64,000 bases of DNA from an uncultured Brevinematales bacterium (GTDB lineage: Bacteria; Spirochaetota; Brevinematia; Brevinematales; CAZQBT01), in assembly GCA_964591955.1 (NCBI GenBank), contig CAZQBT010000006.1, positions 1,809 through 65,808 of the forward strand. The letters run 5' to 3'. The first letter of the stretch is position 1; every line of letters begins with the position of its first letter. The notes under the pieces were generated by a model that saw only the letters and a list, made by a program, of their open reading frames with translations, did not search any database and had not been told where the DNA came from. Of the stretch, positions 28,635 to 36,072 are shown piece after piece. The position numbers and the translations under genes were made by a program.

Positions 28635-28869
28635 ACTTCATCTTTTAAAGGATTTGATGGCGGATATATTAAAAATAGCAAAAGAGGAAAAAGCCGAAAA
28701 AATCACAAAGATTTATCTTCGGATGGGTGAATTTACCGAAATCAATCCCGAAATACTTACATATTACTTTGATGAACACGGCAAGGGAACTATTATCGAA
28801 GGAGCGACAATCAATATCGAGAAAAGCCCCGAAAGAGAGCTAACCCTGCTGTCGTTTGACTGCGATTAG
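28627..28869 (+). CDS. hypA: Minimal HypA (Ni metallochaperone) lacking the Zn-finger
   Basis: MHE N-terminus, GEFTEINPE, GTIIEGATINIE, then directly RELTLLSFD with no CxxC pairs. Confidence 0.85.
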   Translation: MHELHLLKDLMADILKIAKEEKAEKITKIYLRMGEFTEINPEILTYYFDEHGKGTIIEGATINIEKSPERELTLLSFDCD

Positions 28870-28877
28870 GAGAGCGT

Positions 28878-30194
28878 ATGTGCTATGCTATTCCGGGAAA
28901 AGTTTCCGCTATTGAGGATAATATCGTAACCGTTGACTATTTCGGTGAAAAAAAACGAGCCTATAATGAATTCGACAATCTTAAAATCGGCGATTATATA
29001 TACGCACAGGGCGGATTCGTAATAAAGACTATCCCTCCCGAAGAGGCAAACTCTATACTTGCGGTTTGGCGCGAAACCTTTTTTGAACTTCAGGAGCATG
29101 ATTTGCGTCTGTCTCGTATTGATATTGAAAAAAGCGGAGTTGAAAAACGACTTACTCTTATTCTCGACAAGGCAATCGAGGAACGCCCGCTCAGGAAAGA
29201 CGATTTTTTATACCTGCTGAACCTTCGGGACAGCGATTCAAAGAACCTGCTTTACAAAACGGCAAATTTTTTACGTCAAAAATACCTCGACAATTCCTGC
29301 TGCGTTCACGGAATAATTGAGCTTTCAAACTACTGCGCGCGAAATTGTTATTATTGCGGTATTTCGGTTCACAACAGCAAAATCCCGCGATACCGTATGG
29401 ATAAAACCGAGATACTCTCAACCGTTGAAAGCGCCGTAGAAAAATACGGGTTTAAGGCTCTTGTGCTTCAATCGGGAGAAGACCCCGCTTTCGATACGGA
29501 CTTTTTTTGCGATATTATCCGTGAGATTAAATCACGTCATGCAGTCTTAATATTTATCAGCTTCGGTGAAACGGGCTTGAAATCCCTTGAAAAATTATAC
29601 GAGGCAGGAGCGCGGGGGCTTCTACTGCGCTTTGAAACATCCAATCCCGATTTATACCGAAAACTCCACCCCGGTTATGAGCTTCACACCCGCATTGAAC
29701 ATATAAACTATGCAAGGGAACTCGGCTACCTGATAATAACGGGAGGGCTTACCGGTATTCCGGGACAAACAAACCGCGATATTCTAAACGACATCCTGCT
29801 TACCAAAGAGCTCGGGGCGGAAATGTATAGCTTCGGACCTTTTATACCTCACCCCGATACGCCGCTCGGCACTCATCCGATTACAACAAGCGAAAATATA
29901 TTAAAAACAATAGCCGTATCCCGAATAGTTGACCCTCAAAATGCCAAAATTCTCGTTACCACCGCGTTTGAAACAATAGATAAAGAGGCGAGATTATCGG
30001 GGCTTATGAGCGGGGCAAATTCGGTTATGCTTAACGTAACGCCTGAAAACCTGCGGGAAAAATATTCGATATACCCAAACCGCGCACATAACGAGGAAAG
30101 TTTGCAAATCCAGATTGATGACACGCTTTCGCTGCTGTATAGTCTCGGACGCGCACCCACCGATTTAGGCGTAAGCGGGAACAGGCAAGTCTAA
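28878..30194 (+). CDS. HypC domain fused to a HydE-like radical SAM enzyme
   Basis: Residues 1-~66 MCYAIPGKV..GDYIYAQGGFV..EEA (HypC). Then IELSNYCARNCYYCG, VLQSGED, LLRFETS, GIPGQT, GPFIPHPDTPL, GANSVMLNVTP and YSIYPNR (HydE-like). One uninterrupted frame. Confidence 0.85.
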   Translation: MCYAIPGKVSAIEDNIVTVDYFGEKKRAYNEFDNLKIGDYIYAQGGFVIKTIPPEEANSILAVWRETFFELQEHDLRLSRIDIEKSGVEKRLTLILDKAIEERPLRKDDFLYLLNLRDSDSKNLLYKTANFLRQKYLDNSCCVHGIIELSNYCARNCYYCGISVHNSKIPRYRMDKTEILSTVESAVEKYGFKALVLQSGEDPAFDTDFFCDIIREIKSRHAVLIFISFGETGLKSLEKLYEAGARGLLLRFETSNPDLYRKLHPGYELHTRIEHINYARELGYLIITGGLTGIPGQTNRDILNDILLTKELGAEMYSFGPFIPHPDTPLGTHPITTSENILKTIAVSRIVDPQNAKILVTTAFETIDKEARLSGLMSGANSVMLNVTPENLREKYSIYPNRAHNEESLQIQIDDTLSLLYSLGRAPTDLGVSGNRQV

Positions 30195-30601
30195 CTATGC
30201 TTTAAAAGTATTTCTTTTTCGATATGGTAAATCTCAAAGCGGTATTGCTCAATGCGTTTTATATTTTCAAGCGAAATCCCGAAACATTCCAATTTAGCGC
30301 ATTCCTCAATAACGCGAAACGCTTCCTCGGCACGCTTAATATTCGCCTTAACTAAATCCGTCAAACCGCTTCGGTTTTCGCTTCCGTATTTCAACACCCC
30401 TTTTCCTACGTCGTCCCGACTTTCTCTCGCTTCAATAAGCGCGCTATCGGGGAAAAGTGTCCTCAAAAAATGACGTATTTCTTTTAGATGAGTGGAGTTT
30501 ATTTCATCATCAAACACAAATCTGCAAATATCCTCAACCACCCGAAGCCCCTCGCATGCACGGTTGATGTTGGCATCAAGCATACGATAAACCTTATCCA
30601 T
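30191..30601 (-). CDS. Stand-alone ThiD2-like domain protein (N-terminal domain of long ThiE)
   Basis: RMLDANINRACEGLRVVEDICRF, ARESRDDVG, ANIKRAEEAFRVIEE and RFEIYHIEK motifs; ATG overlaps the hisG stop. Confidence 0.75.
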   Translation of the reverse strand: MDKVYRMLDANINRACEGLRVVEDICRFVFDDEINSTHLKEIRHFLRTLFPDSALIEARESRDDVGKGVLKYGSENRSGLTDLVKANIKRAEEAFRVIEECAKLECFGISLENIKRIEQYRFEIYHIEKEILLKHS

Positions 30602-31226
30602 CAAGCGCGCCCTTGATATCCGACACGAATTTTTCAATAACATTGAGCTTGTGATAAAAACTCGCGCGATTACATATCAGGCGGGCTGTTGAATCAAAAA
30701 TTTCCTCGATAGCAACAAGCCCGTTTTCCCTGAGGGTAGCGCCTGTGGAAACAATATCCACAATACAATCCGCCATTCCGGCTATTGCCGAGAGTTCAAC
30801 AGAGCCGTATAATTTGATAATCTCCGCCTGTATGGAAATATTCGAAAAGAATTTCTTTGCGATATTGGCGTATTTTGTTCCTACCTGAAGGAAATCCGAT
30901 GATAAAACGGATTTGGGGTCAATGTCTTTAGATACCGCAACAACCATTTTACAATACCCGAAACCCAAATCAAGCAACTCCAAAACGTCGCAGTGATGTT
31001 CCAATAAAACGTCCTTGCCGACTACGCCAATATCGGCGGTTCCTTTTTCAACATAAGTCGGCACATCCTGCGCACGGACAAGCAATACCTTTATTTTATC
31101 GTTAAGATTGAAAATCAGTTTACGCGAATCCTTCGGCACGCCGTTTTTTATTACCCCGGCTTTAAGCATAAGTTTTTCCGTATCCTCGCCTAACCGTCCT
31201 TTAGGTAACGCAATAGTAATCATCAA
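30594..31226 (-). CDS. hisG: ATP phosphoribosyltransferase, short form
   Basis: IALPKGRL, RAQDVPTYVE, DLGFGYC, LYGSVEL and IVDIVSTGATLRENGL motifs; 210 aa. Confidence 0.95.
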   Translation of the reverse strand: MMITIALPKGRLGEDTEKLMLKAGVIKNGVPKDSRKLIFNLNDKIKVLLVRAQDVPTYVEKGTADIGVVGKDVLLEHHCDVLELLDLGFGYCKMVVAVSKDIDPKSVLSSDFLQVGTKYANIAKKFFSNISIQAEIIKLYGSVELSAIAGMADCIVDIVSTGATLRENGLVAIEEIFDSTARLICNRASFYHKLNVIEKFVSDIKGALDG

Positions 31227-31240
31227 AAACTCCTCAAGCC

Positions 31241-31615
31241 TTAACGGTCAAACCGTGTGGGCTTTCCATCCTCATCAACGGCAACCATCACAAATTTAGC
31301 ATCCGCCACCTCAAATATTTCGCCGCTTTTGAGACGCTCCCCGCGAATCCTGACATTAACGTCAAGCGATGAATTACCCACCCTGCAAATTTCAGCATCC
31401 ATAATAACCAAGTCCCCGACCCTGACGGGAGCAAGAAAACTAACCTCTTTCACCGATGCGGTTACAACGTTAGTCCTGCAATACTGGGAGGCAAGAGTGT
31501 AAGCCAAATTATCCGCCGAAAGCATAATAATCCCGCCGTGAACGTTACCGTAATGGTTGGCATCTCTGGGCATTACGGTAAAATTCGATGACAGCTTTTT
31601 ACTTCGCGACATCAC
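31241..31615 (-). CDS. Hotdog-fold acyl-CoA thioesterase (YciA-like)
   Basis: PRDANHYGNVHGG, VVTASV..FLAPVRVGD and VAVDEDGKP motifs. Confidence 0.88.
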   Translation of the reverse strand: MMSRSKKLSSNFTVMPRDANHYGNVHGGIIMLSADNLAYTLASQYCRTNVVTASVKEVSFLAPVRVGDLVIMDAEICRVGNSSLDVNVRIRGERLKSGEIFEVADAKFVMVAVDEDGKPTRFDR

Positions 31616-33813
31616 AAATACCTCGTATTATATAATTCGGTTGCCTCATCAAGCGAAATATCGACTAAGTTTTCTCCCTTATTCGATATGGAAATACGAT
31701 TATCGCTTGTAACGTTACCGATTGTATTAAAAGGAATTTTATATTTATCCGCCAAACCGAGTATATCCTCTTTATTATTACCGGAGTAGGAAATAATAAT
31801 ACGGGACTGGGTTTCGCCGAAAAGCAATGCTTCAGCGGGAATATCCTCATCAAGCGAAATATCTGCGCCGAACTTGACGGAGTTTACGGCACACTCCGAA
31901 ACCGCTACGGCAAGCCCGCCGTCGGATATATCCTGCGCGGAGTTTACCAATCCCTTGTCGTTAAGCTCCCGGATAAGTTTTTGTAATGCCGCTTCAAAGT
32001 CAATATCGAATTCGGGACATTTGCCTGCAATTTTTCCGCAAACCTTTTCCAAGAAAAGCGAACCGCCGATTTCGTTTTTATTTTCGCCCAAAACCCCGAT
32101 TTTATCGCCTGCTTTTTTAAAATCGGAAAGCAGGATTTTCTTATAATCGTCAATAACACCGACCGCCCCGACAACTATCGTAGGCAGGATAGGTTCGCCG
32201 TCCGTTTCGTTATACAGGGATGCGTTTCCTCCGGTAACCGGCGCGGATAAAACCTCACAGGCTCGCCCCATCCCCTCAATAGCCTTGGCAATCTGGTAAT
32301 ATACGGCGGGCTTTTCGGGGCTGCCGAAATTAAGGCAGTTGGTTATACCATACGGTTCTGCGCCCATGCAGGATATATTCCTGCACGCCTCGGCAACCGA
32401 CTGCATACCCCCGACATAAGGGTCAAGATAGGTATAACGCCCGTTCCCGTCGGTGGTAACGGCAATTCCTTTTGTAGTCCCTTTTACGCGAAGCATCGCC
32501 CCTCCCGCCATCACCGGCTCTGCAAGGAGATTTGTTTGAACGTGATGGTCATACCGCTCATAGACCCATTCTTTAGATGCGATATTCACATCGGAAAGAA
32601 GACGTTTGAGCATATCCGTGTAAGAAATATCCATAGTAAAATCAGGCAGGCAGGTTGCTTTATCAAGGTATTCGGGAAAAATAACATCACGAACATACTG
32701 AGGCGCATCATCAACAAGATGGGTTACCGAAAGGTCGGCTTTAATAACCCCGTTTTCCTTAACGACTACGCGTGGTTTTTCCAATTTATCGGAGGTTACC
32801 TTGCCGAAAACGGAATAATCAAGTTCCCACTTTTCCATAACTTCAATGACCGCGTAAAGTTGAGAGGGTTCAATCACGGCGACCATTCTTTCCTGACTTT
32901 CGGACAAGAGAAATTCATAAGCAATCATATTCTCTTCGCGCGCCGGAATTTTGTCTATATAAATTTCAATAGAGGATTTGCCCCGTGAAGCCATCTCACT
33001 GGTGGAACTGGTAATACCTGCAGCGCCCATATCCTGAATACCGACAACAAGGTTTTTATCAATGAGTTCCAAAGTGGCTTCCAAGATAAGTTTTTCGGTA
33101 AAAGCATCGCCGACCTGCACGGAGGGACGCTTATCCTCGCCCTCGGAAGATAATTCGGCGGAGGCGAAAGTCGCGCCGCCAAGCCCGTCCCGTCCGGTTT
33201 TTGAACCGTAGTAAAATATAAGATTATCCTTACCCTGAGCAATAGCTTTGCAAATCTTATCGCGTTTAGCAAGCCCCACGCACATAACGTTCACAAGAGG
33301 GTTGCCCTCGTAACTGTCCTCAAAAACCACCTCGCCTGCAACAGTCGGAACGCCGACACGGTTTCCGTAATCACTGACACCGTCTATAACCCCGCCGACA
33401 ATATAACGGGTGCGTTTGGAATCCCGTTTTCCGAAACGAAAGGAATCCAACGAGGCAACGGGAAAAGCTCCCATAGCAAAAATATCGCGCAGAATACCGC
33501 CTATACCGGTTGCCGCACCCTGATACGGTTCTACCGCAGACGGATGGTTATGGCTTTCTATCTTAAATACAATAGCGTAATCATCAAACCCGACAATGCC
33601 GGCATTCTCACCGGGGCCTTGTATTATATGCTTGCCTTTAGTGGGAAGTTTTTTAAGTAAAGGACGGGTATTTTTATATCCGCAATGCTCACTCCATAAA
33701 GCTCCATACATACCGATTTCCTCAATCGTGGGGATGCGTCCAAGCTCTTTTTCTATCAACTCAACTTCAGATTTTGAAAGTCCGGCTATCTCAATCGCCT
33801 TTTTTAAATCCAT
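31612..33813 (-). CDS. purL: Phosphoribosylformylglycinamidine synthase subunit PurL (small type)
   Basis: WSEHCGYK, KIESHNHPSAVEPYQGAATG, QDMGAAG, LSESQERM and NCLNFGSPE motifs; likely ATG at 33813. Confidence 0.96.
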   Translation of the reverse strand: MDLKKAIEIAGLSKSEVELIEKELGRIPTIEEIGMYGALWSEHCGYKNTRPLLKKLPTKGKHIIQGPGENAGIVGFDDYAIVFKIESHNHPSAVEPYQGAATGIGGILRDIFAMGAFPVASLDSFRFGKRDSKRTRYIVGGVIDGVSDYGNRVGVPTVAGEVVFEDSYEGNPLVNVMCVGLAKRDKICKAIAQGKDNLIFYYGSKTGRDGLGGATFASAELSSEGEDKRPSVQVGDAFTEKLILEATLELIDKNLVVGIQDMGAAGITSSTSEMASRGKSSIEIYIDKIPAREENMIAYEFLLSESQERMVAVIEPSQLYAVIEVMEKWELDYSVFGKVTSDKLEKPRVVVKENGVIKADLSVTHLVDDAPQYVRDVIFPEYLDKATCLPDFTMDISYTDMLKRLLSDVNIASKEWVYERYDHHVQTNLLAEPVMAGGAMLRVKGTTKGIAVTTDGNGRYTYLDPYVGGMQSVAEACRNISCMGAEPYGITNCLNFGSPEKPAVYYQIAKAIEGMGRACEVLSAPVTGGNASLYNETDGEPILPTIVVGAVGVIDDYKKILLSDFKKAGDKIGVLGENKNEIGGSLFLEKVCGKIAGKCPEFDIDFEAALQKLIRELNDKGLVNSAQDISDGGLAVAVSECAVNSVKFGADISLDEDIPAEALLFGETQSRIIISYSGNNKEDILGLADKYKIPFNTIGNVTSDNRISISNKGENLVDISLDEATELYNTRYL

Positions 33814-34143
33814 ATCATACTCCAAGAAAGAATGTCCTATATTATACAATAAAACGAAGGATTTTGCATATTTTGAAAGACAAATAATCGGCAGGCTCAC
33901 TACAAGAAAAATAATTTTTAAAAGCCCGGATGAAATCTTAATCTCCAAAATTGACTTTTTTAAACTCAAACTATACACTTTAGTCGGTCCGGTTTTTGGA
34001 GCATTTCATATTTAATAACTAATTCGTAAATCAACAAAGTCTTATTGCTGTTACACCAATCACGCGGTCAAAATCAAAAAAGCCGAATTTAGCAAAAACC
34101 CTATTATTATGCTATAATATAATACATTATTACGGAGATTTTT

Positions 34144-35166
34144 ATGATTCCGAAAATTTTATATGTGGATGATGAGCCCGATGCCGAAGCGTTGGTTCGT
34201 CTTAAATTCAGGAAACAAATTAAAGAGAAATCAATTTATTTTGTGTTTGCCAACAACGGTGCTGAGGCTTTGGAAATAGTAAAACAAAATCCTGATATTG
34301 AAATTGTTTTCACCGATATAAATATGCCGAAGATGGACGGACTGACATTGCTTGCCGAATTGGCAAAGATTTCGGAAAATATTCGCACGGTAATAGTATC
34401 CGCTTATGGAGATATAAAAAATATCCGTACTGCGATGAATCGCGGGGCTTTTGATTTTCTTATAAAGCCCATTGACCTTACAGACTTTGAAATAACACTC
34501 AATAGAATTGTGGAACATACTGAAAAGCTCAGGAAAGAGCGCGAGTATAAACTGCGTCTCCAACAGGAACTTGATGCTTCTCAAAAAGATATGATTTACA
34601 AATTAGGAGAGGTTGTAGAAGTCCGTTCCTATGAAACCGGGAATCATGTCAGGCGAGTATCCGAATATTGTTCTATAATTGCACGTGAATGCGGTTTTTC
34701 CGAAAAAGAGACACAGACCATCAAGCTTGCCTCATCTATGCACGACATAGGAAAAGTTGCTATCCCGGATACCATATTGAACAAACCCGACAAACTAACC
34801 CCCGAAGAGTGGGAAATAATGCAAACCCACGCGATAAAAGGTTATGAAATATTAAAAGATTCAAAAAGAGAAATACTCAAAGCCGCTTCTATAATTGCAT
34901 TGGAACATCACGAAAAATTCGACGGGAGCGGGTATCCCCGCGGTCTTTCGGGTGAATATATAAATATTATGGGAAGAATTGTTGCTATTGCCGACGTGTT
35001 TGATGCATTGGGGAACAAGCGGGTTTATAAACCGGCATGGGAACTTGATAAAATTTTAGAGCTTTTTAAGGCGGAGAGAGGCAACCATTTTGACCCTGCT
35101 TTAACGGATATATTTTTTAAAAATTTGGATGAATTTTTAGAGGTCGGGAATTTGTATAAAGACTAA
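34144..35166 (+). CDS. Response regulator with HD-GYP c-di-GMP phosphodiesterase domain (RpfG-like)
   Basis: REC domain (VDDE, TDINMP, KP); ETGNHVRRV, HDIGK, HHEKFDGSGYP and ADVFDAL motifs. Confidence 0.92.
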   Translation: MIPKILYVDDEPDAEALVRLKFRKQIKEKSIYFVFANNGAEALEIVKQNPDIEIVFTDINMPKMDGLTLLAELAKISENIRTVIVSAYGDIKNIRTAMNRGAFDFLIKPIDLTDFEITLNRIVEHTEKLRKEREYKLRLQQELDASQKDMIYKLGEVVEVRSYETGNHVRRVSEYCSIIARECGFSEKETQTIKLASSMHDIGKVAIPDTILNKPDKLTPEEWEIMQTHAIKGYEILKDSKREILKAASIIALEHHEKFDGSGYPRGLSGEYINIMGRIVAIADVFDALGNKRVYKPAWELDKILELFKAERGNHFDPALTDIFFKNLDEFLEVGNLYKD

Positions 35167-35240
35167 ACTTGGGTTGTCAGACACATAGTTAGGCTGCGTA
35201 AATTTATTGTATTCCAATAAGTTTATTATTGATATTTCCA

Positions 35241-35268
35241 TTGACAAAATATCGATTTTATATAAAAT
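35241..35268 (+). promoter_or_regulatory. Putative sigma70 promoter for the STAS pair
   Basis: TTGACA-N16-TAAAAT upstream of the ATG at 35285. Confidence 0.55.
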
Positions 35269-35284
35269 TAATTGCGGGGAAAAA

Positions 35285-35620
35285 ATGAAATACTATATTA
35301 AATTTGAAAACGGGATAACCTTTGTTTATCTGATGGGCAAATTACAAAACGATGATTATGCGCAATTACAACATGAAATAATAAAACAAATAGCGGAAAC
35401 GGATAAGCCGAAAGTTTTATTAAATATGAAAAATATGGATATTATTGTTTCAGATGGGATTGCGTTTTTACTCCTGCTTTCAAAAAAAATTGATAAACTC
35501 GGTGGGATTTTGAAATTAGCGGAGCTTTCGCGTGCCGTAAAATATGCGTTCGAAATTTCGGATGTTGACAAAATATTTAAAATATATGACAGCGAAACTT
35601 CGGCGTTGGAATTATGGTAA
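35285..35620 (+). CDS. STAS-domain anti-sigma-factor antagonist
   Basis: About 111 aa; VLLNMKNMDIIVSDGIAFL, GGILKLAEL and IFKIYDSETSAL segments. Confidence 0.8.
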   Translation: MKYYIKFENGITFVYLMGKLQNDDYAQLQHEIIKQIAETDKPKVLLNMKNMDIIVSDGIAFLLLLSKKIDKLGGILKLAELSRAVKYAFEISDVDKIFKIYDSETSALELW

Positions 35621-35643
35621 ATTTCGATTTTTAGGGGGTTGTT

Positions 35644-35982
35644 ATGAACTGCGTTTTAAAACAAAAAAATGACGTTCTCTGCGTCTATCTAATCGACAAA
35701 TTGGAAGATAGCATATATTCCAAGATGCAGGCGGAAATAAGCAAATTAATAAAAAAAAAGAATATCAAAAATATACTGGTTGAAATGGAAAACCTAATTT
35801 TATTAACCTCCTGTGGTTTGAAGTTTTTGATTTTTTTATCCAAGCTGATTAAGGAAAAGAACGGAAAACTCAAACTTGCCTGTCTGTCCATACAGGCAAA
35901 AAACGCTATTCTTGTAGCAAGTATGGATAAACTTTTCGAGGTTTTTGATAATGAAAAAGAAGCGCTTGATTCTTTCGCGTAA
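35644..35982 (+). CDS. STAS-domain anti-sigma-factor antagonist
   Basis: 112 aa; ILVEMENLILLTSCGLKFL, NGKLKLACL and LFEVFDNEKEAL segments. Confidence 0.8.
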   Translation: MNCVLKQKNDVLCVYLIDKLEDSIYSKMQAEISKLIKKKNIKNILVEMENLILLTSCGLKFLIFLSKLIKEKNGKLKLACLSIQAKNAILVASMDKLFEVFDNEKEALDSFA

Positions 35983-36072
35983 TTCATACCGATAATTTCA
36001 TAGCTCTTTTTATTTGATATTTTTCGACAAAAGCAACATAATAAACATATAATATGGAGCTATGGTGGGATT

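Noticed and set aside
28878..30194. Biotin synthase or PylB call for the radical SAM domain
   Set aside because: It lacks the BioB YNHNL motif, there are no pyl or bio genes, and the motifs match HydE more closely
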